Part shown: piece by piece, positions 11,561-23,605 of the stretch
Numbering within the stretch: position 1 is the stretch's first letter
How the letters are laid out: each line of letters starts with the position of its first letter
Assembly: GCA_013239625.1 (NCBI GenBank)
Contig: MU054391.1
Coordinates: 4,421,824-4,483,823, forward strand
Length of the DNA stretch: 62,000 nucleotides
Source of the DNA: Lama guanicoe
Taxonomy: Eukaryota
Direction: 5' to 3'
The notes under the pieces: generated by a model
The model's database searches: none
What the model saw: only the letters and a program-made list of their open reading frames with translations
Told to the model about the DNA's origin: nothing
Program-made: the position numbers and the translations under genes

Positions 11561-12584
11561 AGTCAGTGAACCCCCATTCACTTCTTGTCTTCCGATACTG
11601 GGCAGGCGGAGAAGACAGTAAGGCTCTTAGAAAGATCCTCATTGACATTTAGAAAAGAAGACCTCACTTATCCAATGTTGTACTTCACAAAGACTCCCTT
11701 GTTCCAGTGATGCAAGGCAAGTGAGGAGTCGTGCAATAATGAGAAATAACGGCTACTCTTCCTGGAGTTTAACTGACTGGGGTGGGGGGCTAAAATCTGG
11801 TTGAGAAACGTTTGCCTTCCATGCGTTGGCAGTTTTGCTGCTTTGGAAACGTTATTTTTGTTGAAGTCGAGGGCTGCTGCCTCTGCACATGCACTCATTA
11901 TCCCATTCTTGTGTGGACATATGGCACAGAAAGTTTAGAAAATACTGCCCAATTTGTCTAAATACCAACTCATGGCCTGATTCACCAGGACGCCCATTGT
12001 GTTGGGAGAACACAGCTGTATAACCTTAGCAGCGCTGGCCAAGGCAGTGCCCACCAGTTCAGACGCTAACCCAAAGTGCGTATTTGCCTTGGCACACGTT
12101 GGCTGCACATTTGGAATGAGCAGGTTGGTGAGGGAATTTGAGGGGCTGGAGGAGGGGAGGCGGGAAGAGAGGGTTCCTATACGTCTAACCTCTACACAAA
12201 TTCAAAGCAAGTAGCCAACTTTTCTGTGCCAAAAAATTTGAAAAGCGTACTTTTCCCCCCACTCTGGAATCTTTCCTTCTTATTCCAAGATGGTTCCCAT
12301 AGTTCTTATTTTGAAGGCACAGAATTCAGAAAAATCACTGAAGTTCTGTTTTCCTCCATGGTGGAAAGGATGTTTCTTTCTTAAATCCCGTCTCCTGTTC
12401 ATCTGGGGAACGAGAGAACCCACGCAGAGGCTGTGAGTTGGTGACTGTCTGATTCCCTTTCTGGACCAGCCAAACAAGGCGGCAAGGGAACATGCAGATA
12501 ATTTAATTAATAAATAATTTGTAACAATCGGTACCTAACAAAGCACTAGAACATTGGAGAAAGACCACTTCCTATTAGAAACGC

Positions 12585-12690
12585 ATTCATTCATACACTG
12601 ATTGTTAATTGAGCACTTGCTATACGGCAGGCACTGGGCTCTGAGAGAAAAAAAGATTGAAGTCATGATTCCAGCTCTGAAGGAACTCAT
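12585..12690 (-). mobile_element. L2 3' end
   Basis: CATTCATTCA..ATTGAGCACTTGCTATACGGCAGGCACTGGGCT. Confidence 0.75.
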
Positions 12691-12739
12691 AACTGGGATG
12701 GGGTGAGGGGTGGATGGGGCGAAGGGTGGACGGGGCGCA

Positions 12740-12880
12740 CACAGCTTCACTTCTCACCACCTGGGCCAGTTGACCCTACTGCCGGGGCTTCGGTTTTCTT
12801 GGCCATACAATGGAGCTCTTTACAATAACACTTTTAGTGTAAAATTGCTACGAGAATTAAACGAGTTAAAATTAGAATAA
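12740..12880 (+). mobile_element. MIR fragment
   Basis: GGGCTTCGGTTTTCTT..TACAATGGAG..GAGAATTAAACGAG. Confidence 0.55.
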
Positions 12881-14074
12881 TCAAACAGTATTGGCCAGGA
12901 GTTGGGGGAGGGACCTTAGGGAAGCGCATCACATAATGACATTTCACTAAGCACATAACCTGCATTCAGACAAAAATGCTTCCTAATGAGAGCTTGAGAA
13001 GTTCCAGTGAGGGGGGGATGCAGTTGGGCACAGGATCGTTGCAAGAGTCCACCTGGGTGTGCAGGTCTGGAAATGGGCCTCAGGCTGACCTCAACAGCTC
13101 ACAGCCTCAGAAGACCCGCGCTCACTCGTCTATAAACCAATCTGTGTCCACACCTACTGTCTGGAAAGCATTCGGGACCCTGGGTTTGAATCCTTTCTGC
13201 TGTTCGAAGACTTCACCTTGTTTTGCTCCGATATTACTATTTAATAGCAAGGACGCGCTAGCTAATGTCTGAAGGCCCTCTTCCAGCTGCAGTGTGCTCT
13301 GCTCTGTAGCCTTTGTCAATAATGCTTAGTTCCTGTTTCCACTTACACAGAACATAGGTGGTGTGTGCTGGGGGTGGGGAGGGGAACGGAGAAGCTGTAC
13401 CTTGGGAATCTGCCAAGAAGCTCCCTTCTCTCGGGGCTCCCGCTCTGTGATGCGAGCTGTCTCGGGCTGGGGTGTGCGAGGTCTGTTTCTCCAGGGGCTA
13501 CCTCAGCCAAGAAAAAGAGAGACTGGTAATGTGGACAGCGGTGTGTGGTCCAGGTCTCCTCAGAACACGCACTGTAGACCAGGCATCTCTCATCTCTCAG
13601 AATCTCCATAGACTGTGAGCACGTTAAGGGCAGGTGCTGTGTTAACCAGATGTCAATGCCCTCAAGGCTAGCAGGACACCTGACATGAGGTAGGAGTTGA
13701 GTAAACACTGAAGGACTATGTGGTGCTGGGCCAGCAGGGTGCTCTGAGACTCGGGGAAGCCTGCCAACCCTGGCAGAGCAGAGGTGGTTTCCCTTCCAGG
13801 GTCTCAAGACCCTGCTTCTGAGAATGAAGCTGCTCTTGGGAAGACCCTGACTTTACGCACTGCGGGGTCTACCCCATGCCAGGGGCTGCGGGGGTGGGGG
13901 TGCCCTGGGTGTGATCCTGTGCATGCCATTTCCTCCTCAATAAGACAGACTTCCTCCAAGCACCTGGAAGGCCCCAGCATGTGGTTGGAGAAGCCACAGA
14001 GAAGGGGCCTGCTACCCGCACCCATCCACTTTTCTAAGGGGAAATCCAAATTTGTCGTTTCTACCTCTTCACCT

Positions 14075-15152
14075 TGTCAGGGAGGAAGAAATTTTCCTGT
14101 CCCTTCTAAGTTCTTCTGGCTGCTCTAAGAATTCAATTAGCATGAGACAGAGTAACAGGAGAAAATCAAACAAAAGTTTAATAATGTGTATACATGGGAG
14201 CTGCCCAGGAAAACTGAGAAACTCACCAGAGTGCCTGCAGCCCTCACCTTAAATACCATCTTCAGTGAGAGACAGAAAAGGATGTTGGGGCTCGTGGTTT
14301 GGGACCTCAAAGGGGAGGAAGGCAACTGACATGGAGACAGAAGAGCAAATGTTCAGTAAACAAAAGCTCGCTGGGCCAGGCAGAGGCAAGGAGACACACA
14401 GAGGAATTTTAGGCTCCTCCCTGTTTGCACACTCAGTTCATACTGTTACTGATTTCAAGTTCAGCTGCTTGCTGCTCAAAAGCCAATAATTCCAGAGGCA
14501 AGTGTCAGTAGAAAGAGAAGATGCTTTATTCAGAAAAGCTGGCCATCTGGAGAGAAGGTGAACTTGTGTCCAGAGACCAATTCTGAAGATTCTGCTCAGC
14601 CGTGACAGTTTCTAAAGGGAAAAGTGGGGGATGGGGGAGAATCTGAGTGAACCATCGAGGCAGAAGGTGGGGCTCTGCATCCTTCTCCGCTGGATGCAGA
14701 CAGGCTGACTCTTCAGATGTTATCTTGCCCACATGGTCTGCCTGCAGGATTGCTAAGGGTGCCGCTGGGATTAGCAAGCTGATTGTGCTTAATTCTTCAT
14801 TGTTACTTCTTTTTACCCAGGAAAAGAATCAACAGGTTAGGCAAGGTGTGGTGTGCATTCAGGAGAGCATAAGCAAGGAGTTAGTTTTAATTGCTTAGTG
14901 ATCTCATTCCTATAATTGGGTTTTTTAATGGTTAAAAGGGGGACAGAAATGGACAAATGGAAAAGGGGCAAAAGAGCTGCCTTCAACACTACAGTTATCT
15001 ACCCTGACAGCTCCCTTCCTGGAACAGGTCTTCTAGCTACATCCTTTTAGGTGGTAAGGAGGAAGGTCAAAGTTCCTTCCTTGACAGTTTTCAGCTTGAA
15101 ATAATCTGCATGCCCAAGAGACATTTTGGGGTGGCAAATTTTGTTCCCTACA
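14075..15152 (-). mobile_element. ERV1 (MER34/MER4-group-like) solo LTR, interrupted
   Basis: TG...CA termini and 4-bp TSD ACCT (14071-14074 / 15153-15156); reverse strand starts TGTAGGGAACAAAATTTGCCACCCCAAAATG. Confidence 0.85.
14444..14988 (-). mobile_element. Younger ERV solo LTR nested in the outer LTR
   Basis: TGTT...AACA inverted termini, minus-strand AATAAA at ~14525-14530, TSD ATAC/CTAC (14440-14443 / 14989-14992). Confidence 0.8.
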
Positions 15153-15294
15153 ACCTCATATGAAACTCTTGAGAGAAAAAAAGGCAAAGCTTCCAGGCAT
15201 GTAAGTCTGTGTTACAGAGCCAATGATTAGAGGGTTTGCATTGATTGTGGAGGAAATAAGAGGATCTGGAGAGAGGGGAGTTCTCAGACCTTGA

Positions 15295-15843
15295 GTACAT
15301 CCAGCCAATGAAATATTCTTCAGTGCCAAAAAGAAATGAGCTATCAAGCCATGAAAAGACATGGTGGAAACTTAAATGCCTATTATTAAGGGAAAGAAGC
15401 CAATCTGAGAAGGCTAGATAGTCTATGATTCTGAATGTATGACATTCTAGAAAAGGCTAAACTATGGAGACAGTAAAAAGATCAGTGGTTGCTGGGGGTT
15501 AAGGGGAGGGAAGGATGAATAGGCGAAGACAGAGCATCTTTATGGCCATGAAGACCATCTGCACGATACTGCAGTGATGGATACCTGCCAGCATGCATTT
15601 GTCCAGCCTATAGAATAGACAGCACCAGGGGTGAACCCTGGATCTCTTTGCGTAATCATGAGGTGTCAGTGTAGGGTTATCAACTATGACAAATGTACTG
15701 TCTGGTGGGGATGTTGGTAATGGGGGAGGCTGTGCGTATGTCATGTGGGGAGTATACGGAAAAATCTCTGTATTTTCCTCTCAATTTTTCTGTGAACTTA
15801 AAGCTGCTCTAAACAACAAACAGAAACAGTCTTTTTTAAAAAA
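15295..15843 (+). mobile_element. L1MC/L1MB-like 3' UTR
   Basis: AAAGAAATGAGCTATCAAGCCATGAAAAGACATGG..GAAAGAAGCCAATCTGAGAAGGCT..TTTTTCTGTGAACTTAAAGCTGCTCTAAA. Confidence 0.9.
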
Positions 15844-17306
15844 GTCGTTTTGATGATGCCTAAGGCAGCTTCAGGGATAATTTATGCTCCAAATGGGCCC
15901 ACTGTTCCCAAAGAAACCTGCGGGGTGGTTGGTGCCAACCTCTTCTGCATTTCTCTGCAGTTCTCTTCTGCAAAACTGGGCTTTGACCACGAGACTCTAC
16001 TATGTAAATGCTCCCTTTTCTTGTCATCCAACAGACATCCTTATCTGATTCAACACTAATTGCGCTAAGAGGAGCCTGCAGCAAGTTAATTATACCCAGT
16101 TTCTGCCTCAAAAGCACCTGATAGGATTTCAAATAGAGTTCAGGCCTGGACATGACCGAACCATATGCCCTGCATTACCAGCTTGTGTTCTGCAGATCTA
16201 CTCTGTGATCAGGTTTTTAAAAATTGATTGCAGCATTTGTGGACCGCAGTAAATTCTGCAGATTACATAAAACCGGGATGTTTTGTATTTAGTTGCTAAG
16301 GAAAGCTATCTCTAACTGAACACAAGTAATGGCAAACAGATAGTGTCTGCTCCTTCTCTTTCAAAGATTATACATCTAACTCTTGATAACTTCATTCAGT
16401 GTTAAGCCTTGAGCAGGAAGAACTTGGTACCGATAATATTTTCTTGCAAAATGAACTTTCTGCCACGTAACTGAGACTTTGAAGGTAAAAATCATTTGAC
16501 ATGCAATTGTTCTAAAACTGAAACTGGGAAAACTTGCAGCCAGCACAGCAAAATGTCTGAGATGTGGAAGTATTCCACATTCCACATTCATTTGTGTGAA
16601 TTAGCATACAACCTCCCAATTCGTGTTTGGATTAATTCTTTTATAATTCTAATGACAAAGTTGGAGGAGGCCCATCCTATTTCTTCAAACCCCTGTGCAT
16701 TCAACTTATATTTCTTATTCCAACTTACATTTATAATAGGTTACATATATAATATTATTTAAAATATACTCCACTTGTATTTCTTGTAACTTTTAGAACA
16801 TGTAACAAAATCATTAGGAGTAGGAAGCTGGTAAATCAAAATAATAATTCCTCTCCACCATAATGAATTCCTCGGTAGCTGAGGGAGTCATTTGGCTTTG
16901 ATTGCAGTTCTTTGTATTTCTTCAACCTCTGAAGTGGTCCTATTGTCACCTTTCGGGGTGCGGACTGTCTGTCTCCTCCAGGCCAGGGGCGTCCTTCATC
17001 TGTCTGAGGGTTCTGAAGCATTTCCTAATTCAGAATCCAGCGGAGGCCTTTTTCCCTTCTAAACTCACCAGACTCCTGCCGGGCCTGCTCGGTTTCCACC
17101 CCACAAAGGCCACGTTACTCCAAGACGCTTTGCCTCGGTTTGATTTCGGGCACCGCCTCCTGTGCCTGTTTTACAAGTGACATTGTTTCTTCTGTCTCCT
17201 GAGGTCTCCGCACATGCTCAGATAGTCTGGGATAAAAGTCAGGGTTTTTTTGGTAGAATTTACTGGAAGAGCTAGAGGTCACAAACACTGAAATGTCCCT
17301 TGACCA

Positions 17307-17757
17307 TTTGTTTTCTTTCTTTCTCTTTTTATGGAAGTACAGTTGGTTTACAATGATGTGGTAAGGTCTATTGTACGGCGTAGTGATTCAGTTATAATAT
17401 ATATATATTCCCTTTCAGATTCTTTTTCATTATAGATCATTGCAAGGTATTGAATATAGTTCCCTGTGCTCTAGAGTAGAAACTTGTTGTTTATCTGTTT
17501 TATATGTAGTAGTGTGTATCTGCAAATTCTGAATTCCCAATTTATCCCTCCAACCCCTTCTCCCCCGGTAACCATAAGTTTGTTCTCTATGTCTGTGAGT
17601 CTGTCTCTGTTTTGTAAATAAGTTCATTTGTGTCATTTTTTTAGATGCCACATACAAGTGATCGCATATGGTATTTTTTTTCTCTTTCTGGCTTCCTTCA
17701 CTTAGTATGATGACCTCCAGGTCCATCCATGTTGCCGCACATGGCTTATGTCATCCT
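17307..17757 (-). mobile_element. 5'-truncated lineage-specific L1 with TSD
   Basis: MDLEVIILSEGSQKEK (ORF2 end) on the minus strand; CCTTGACCA at 17298-17306 and 17758-17766. Confidence 0.92.
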
Positions 17758-19329
17758 CCTTGACCACAGCTAATCTGACCTCGGAGGGGATGAAGACTGT
17801 GGCCCCATCAGAAACAAACGCTGGTCTGAACTAGAAGTTGAGATTATTATTTAAAAAGAAAGTATTAAGTGTAACCATGCCAGGTAGTCCCTGCCCGGGC
17901 AGCCGGCCATCCAGAATCAACATGGATTTCTGTCAGTGCTGTTCTCTGGGGATAGTGTGTGAGCCCCAGGCCGTACGACTCACATTGGCCACCAGCCCAC
18001 GGTTCCCCCAGCACCTCCCACGGTCCCATCGTCCTGGAGGTGCTGCCAGAGACCAGTGTCCACACGCACCGTCAGCAGTGAGGGCACAGGGTTCAGGGCC
18101 ATGATCACTTAATCTGGGCCCCCTTATTAGAACACTGTCTTGTCTACACTCACAGATACGAATCATACACATTCTTGTCTACATTTGTGGACATGAACCC
18201 ATATAACTCTGCTTAGAATGTTTTTATGCCACCAAATCTCTTTCTCCTCTGATCCTGAAAGGATGTGAAGCAACTTCATAGAAAGGACACAGTCAAGTGA
18301 GGATAAAGGTGGTTAAATGTGGGTAGGAAATCAGAATCGAGAAAGGGAAAGGCAGACACACAGAGAGCAGCAACAGTTTTACTTTGATATCATGGCCTTG
18401 CTTTGTTTTGTCTTTGGTCTAAGTCAAAGGTTGCTTACAAGAAGCAGCCATTAAAAAAAAAAACACTTACTTTGATTAAAATTATCAAAAAAGAGCCCGT
18501 TATGCTATATTCAGTGTTCCTTCTATGATACTGAATGTGAGAAATGGCTTCTCAGATTTATTGCCAAAGCAATTGTATCTACTCAGATTGGTGGTCTCCT
18601 TCTTTCTGATGTTACGTGTCATGTAAAATTAGGTGTTTTTTTTTCCTTCTTTGCCCCCTGGTTGCGGGAAGCGCGGAGCTCACTCCACTGCTTGTTCTCA
18701 GCAACTACACTGGTATCACCCAGCAGCCAGGACCTCGTCTCCTTGCTGTGTCTGAACTGGTTAAAGGATGAGTTTACTGCATGTAGAGACGACGTTAAGA
18801 AATGCTTTGGGAAGCACATCACAAAATAACTGACCAACTGCGACTTGCAAAGCCATCTGATTATTTCATAGGAAATAAAACTGGATACATCTGGTACCAG
18901 AGTTGATTCTGAAGCTCAACGGACTTACCAAGGACCCCGGTCTTGTCTGCTTCCTCTTCTTCCATCCCATTGGGGCTGGAACGTCTCCTCTCCAGGTCAC
19001 ACCTGCCTTAGCGTTTGACACTACAACCTCGCGGAACAGCCTTGGAGAGGGGAGGGGCAGGGGCTGTAAGGCCCTTCCCTCACATCACCTCCCTCTGCTA
19101 TCAGGGAGCAGAAATTTCTCCAGAGCCACAGAGCAGAGCTCTTCCACCACACGGGCCAAAATCAGGCCACAGCAGGAGCATGGCTGAAGAAGAGAGACGG
19201 CCAGGACCGCCTCAGTCCAATCACCACTGATCCCCTGGGCCCAGGGATCTACCACTTAGAGGGTGAAAAAATAATAGTGATAACAGAAATTCTCAAAATG
19301 TGGATAGAACTTATCATGAGCTAGAAATC

Positions 19330-19500
19330 ACTGCAAACATTTGCACTCATCCAGCCACTCAGGTCTTTTAACAACTCGCAAAAGTTGTTAATCTCCAACT
19401 TAGGGATTTGGAAATAGGCACCAGAAAGGTTAGGCCACCTGTCCAAGGTCACACAGCTAGGGAGTGGTTGAGCAGAAACCCAGGCGTCTATGCGGCAACC
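19330..19500 (-). mobile_element. MIR
   Basis: AGAAAGGTTAGGCCACCTGTCCAAGGTCACACAGCTAG. Confidence 0.75.
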
Positions 19501-19684
19501 ACTGTGCATCTGGCCTGTCTGTGCACCTTGGACTTTCCTGTAAGTGTCCATTCTTACAGCTTGACTTTTCAGAGAAGTACAAGATGTAATTTTAGGTTAC
19601 AAGGATGCTGGAAGATGCAGTGTCTACTGCAGCGACTACAAAGATGAGCTTTCTAAGCTGACTTACCTGGGAGATTCTTCCGTC

Positions 19685-19790
19685 TCCTCAATGTACAGAT
19701 GAGGAAACTCCTCTAGAAGTAAAAGCCATTTGTGCACAACCAGTAAACTGACAGAGGTAGGATTAGAACCTGGGTTTCTGCCCACTCACT
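19685..19790 (-). mobile_element. MIR fragment
   Basis: TACAGATGAGGAAACT..GGATTAGAACCTGGGT. Confidence 0.65.
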
Positions 19791-20939
19791 AACTCACTTG
19801 AATATATGTGACTAATATGTTTCCCTTTATCTTTCCCCGTCGGAGCTGCCAGTTTCTTTATCTCCTCGCCGCGCTACAATCCGAGTGGGTAAAGTAGCGC
19901 GATGTGACTAATGGCAGGCAGCTGTGTGCATCACACAGGGGGAGCCCAGGAGAGCAGATGCTGGGACGACTGGTCCTGTCAGCTCAGACCCAGTCTCCAA
20001 ATGGCCCTGCACCAGGAGGAGCCACGCTCACCGTGACTACACAGTAGCCTGGAAAACAGAACCCAGCAAACTCACTGGAAGCATTGGCCCTCCTCTGTGC
20101 CCGTCACAACCTCTCCGAGTCTTGGTTTTAAATTTGTAAAATGGGAGGAATCCATCCCACAAAGATTATGAATAAATGAGATGATTGGCATGAAAGTATT
20201 TTTAAACTATGGAGTAATTAAAAATTCATTTTTTTTCTTGTTTGTACTTTCTTTTACACAAGGACAGGATTTGGAAAACTGTTCTAAATCAGCTTATAGC
20301 TTTTTGGATTTCACTGATCAGAATACATTGAAAATTGGTCACATCGTCTGGACTGGGGGCAGCTGACCAAAGGCAGTGGTGATGGAGGAAGTCATGCTGA
20401 TAACGTGGGGTCTGCAGTGGGCACTGGGCTTGTTGGTAGTGGATGCCATCATGCCCCACGCAGGTGGTGACATAGTGGAATGCAAAGGGGCAGCTCTCAG
20501 GCTATGTGCAGGGCACCGCCCCTTCGATGAAAGCTTCCCTCGGCAGCAAATCTAAGGCCTGATGTCGACTGCATCATTTCACCAAACTCATTTAGAATCT
20601 TCTTGTTCTAACACCAGCAGCAGCGCCGGCTGGAGGCAGGCAGCACCGCAACAGAATCGCACGTGCCCAGTCTCGACAGTGACGATAATGTGAGCTCGAA
20701 TTAACTGAGTGCATGCCAGGCGCAAGACCTACAGCGTTTCTTCTCGTAGAGGGATAACACGGGCATTTCTCTGCCTCTTGATAGGTTTTTCTAGACCATT
20801 GGAACTTAATTCTATTCATTCGAATGATTATTTTTGAAAGTATATCATATGGCGGACACCTTGTGCAATTCTGCCCGAAGTGTAAAAGGCAGCCAAAAAA
20901 TGTGACCTTCTTCTAGTCTCTTTAGAAGATCGGGAAGCA

Positions 20940-21090
20940 GGTTGTGGTGGAGAGAGCTCTGGACAGAGGTCGGGAGGTGCTGTTTCTATTTCTGGCTCTA
21001 CCAATGGCAGCCTGGTCTTTTGCAGGGCACAGCCCTTCTCTGAGCCTCAGTTCCTTTACATAAAATAGTGCTACTCCCTGAGCTCTTCTC
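20940..21090 (+). mobile_element. MIR
   Basis: GGTGGAGAGAGCTCTGGAC..CTCTGAGCCTCAGTTCCTT..TAAAAT. Confidence 0.7.
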
Positions 21091-21564
21091 TCTCTGGGAC
21101 TGAGGACCTCCCAGAGAAGAGAGGTTTGGTTTGGGCTCCAAAAAGAAGTCTCAGTGCAGGGCTGGGCACGCCACAGGAAAACACATTCGGCTGCTGCTGC
21201 TGCTGCTGGTGACAATGAAGATATTCCCACTTCGTGTGCCAAACTGGCTTGTCACAGATAAGGGTGGTGTGAGCCAGGTCTCCGTAGACATCTGGCGCCT
21301 GTCCATCTGGCCCAGAAGGAACTCAGCGTCTGGGGAGAGCAACTCATGACTCAAAATCAGATCCTGCTGCTAACCCAGCAAGACCTCCATCCGAAGGCAA
21401 GACTGTAATCAGGGGACGCTGGGACTTGTCACAATCAATAGGGACAAGATTTCCACTTTCTCTCCAGCTCTTGAGTCAGCAAACCTTCAGTGGAGTCAGT
21501 GCTTCCTATTATTCAAGTATTTCATCTGCCAGCGTCAGCGTAGATCACGCTTAGACCCGCTGGC

Positions 21565-21621
21565 ATGTGCACACGTGCACACACACATGCACACACACGC
21601 ATGCACACACATGTGCACACA
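21565..21621. repeat. (CA/TG) alternating purine-pyrimidine repeat
   Basis: Directly visible. Confidence 0.9.
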
Positions 21622-21804
21622 ACCACAGAACAATGCCAGCTCTTGCTTCTGCATTGGTTGATGACACACCCAATTCCTCATGATACAAACTTTGCCTGAC
21701 ATATTGGCAAATGCTGGTGACTATGAAAAGAAAATTTAACCTGTACCTTTTTCTTTACCTGGGCTCAATTTTTCACTTACAGAAAAAAGAAACAATAAGA
21801 ACAG

Positions 21805-21878
21805 CAAAAAATCAAAAAAAAAAATCAAATGAAAATCAAATCAAATCAAAAAACAAAAAAAATCAAAAAAATCAAATC
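21805..21878. repeat. A-rich (AnTC)n low-complexity repeat
   Basis: AAAAATC units. Confidence 0.85.
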
Positions 21879-22539
21879 ATTATAACTGTTAAAATATCCC
21901 AGACTTAAAACATACTGTATCTACTGGTCTAAAGAAGAGACCGAAGCATTGATGGACCTCTATCGAAAGCATTTGATTTCTAAAAGCTATTTATACACGT
22001 AATTGCACAGGCCAGTGACTCTGAAACCTGCTAAGGGGGGAGTCAGGGCTTTGAGCGGTTGCACTTTCATGTGTTTTCATGTTGCTAAGACTTAAATGCT
22101 AGGTCTGGTTCAACTGCTGGATTCCTGCTACTAGTTACCAAACTGGAAAATGATAGGTAAAAAACCCAAACCCAAACCAAACATAAATCTTTGATTGTTG
22201 GTCTCCGTTCAAGGCTCGAAATGTCTCTTGAAGGCCAGAGTGTACATTTGTACTGAAATGGCAGGTTGACAACTTGCTGGTTGTAATTTTAGATGTTTTA
22301 GGTTGTATGATTTTTTTTTTTAAGAGAAACCACACTACACAGTGTTGCCATGGAGATTCTGAGCAGCAAGAAGACCTTCCTGAGCCGAGTCCTTCCCAAC
22401 AGGCCGAACGTGCAGAGGGCGCCATGTTGGCGTGGGGGGTGGGGAGGAGCAGGAGGGGATGACACGGTGCACCACGAGGTCGTGTCGAGGGCAGCTGTAG
22501 TGACGGTCACGAGCACTCACTGCAGAGTCACTGTGAGTC

Positions 22540-22700
22540 CTCTCTTCTGATGCTTCTTCCCAGCCTCCCAAGGCAGGTGGTGTCAGTAGTCCCATTTCAC
22601 AGATGAGCATGTTGAAGCTCACATACATCAGTCCTTTCCCCAAAACAGGTGTGGAGTGAGCAGTAGAATAAACCCATGACTCCAGACTGGCCTCACACAC
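22540..22700 (-). mobile_element. MIR
   Basis: CCCATTTCACAGATGAG..GAAGCTCA. Confidence 0.65.
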
Positions 22701-23021
22701 CCAAGTTCCCGCCCCAGTGACGCCCTGGTTTACCTCCAACACAGACACTACAACGGTCCATGCCTACACCGCTCCAACACCCATGGCTCCTCCAACATCG
22801 TATTGAGCCCAAGTCAAAAATACTCCATGCATATGGCTCTGATGACCTCAGGCAAAATTAGCTGCTCCTTCATTTCTGTCCCCATGGAATCTTATAAGAA
22901 CTTGACCATCTGTCTGGAACATAAGGCAGAGAGACTGAGTGCCATGGAAATAAGGCCGCATGTCCCGTTAATACCACGGAGGAAAGGACTTTCTCCACCA
23001 TGATAAGGAACTTCTTGTGCA

Positions 23022-23374
23022 GTAGCTATGGGCTGAATGTGTCCCCCCAGAATTCATAAGCCCTAACCCCCCAATGAGATGGCATCCAAAGTCAGGGTAA
23101 GTAGGTTTAGGATGAGGCCATGCGGGTGGGGCCCCATGATGGGTTTAGTGCCCTTATAAAATCAGAAGCCATCAGAGCTTCTCTCTCTCTGTCATGTGAG
23201 GACACAGTGAAAAGACAGCTGTCTGCAAGCCAGGGGGAGGGCGCTCAGCAGGAACTGAACCTGCCAGCACCTTGATCGTGGACTTCCAGGCTTCAGAACT
23301 TGAGAAATCAATGTCTGCTCTTTAAGCCACCCAGTCCATGGTATTTCGTTCTAACAGTCCCACTGACTAAGACA
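23022..23374 (+). mobile_element. MLT1A/B solo LTR
   Basis: GCTATGGGCTGAATGTGTCCCCCCAGAATTCAT...TTTAAGCCACCCAGTCCATGGTATTT...GACTAAGACA. Confidence 0.9.
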
Positions 23375-23494
23375 GTAGTCAGAGTGTTGGATGGATTTTA
23401 TGCCAGGTAATATGATAAAAATATACAGAGATATTTATTCCCTATTTTAAAAGAGAAAACCATGCTTTTAAAGTTCTTTTTATTTATATAATTA

Positions 23495-23605
23495 CAGGCA
23501 TGGACAAAATGTTTTCTGCAAAGAGCCAGCGAGTAAATATTTTTGGTTTGGCAGAAGATATACAGTTTCTGTCTTGTGGGCTTCAGGCCGTGGTTTGCTG
23601 GCCTC
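23495..23605 (+). mobile_element. MER58A-like fragment
   Basis: TTTTCTGCAAAGAGCCAGCGAGTAAATATTTTTGGTTT. Confidence 0.65.
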
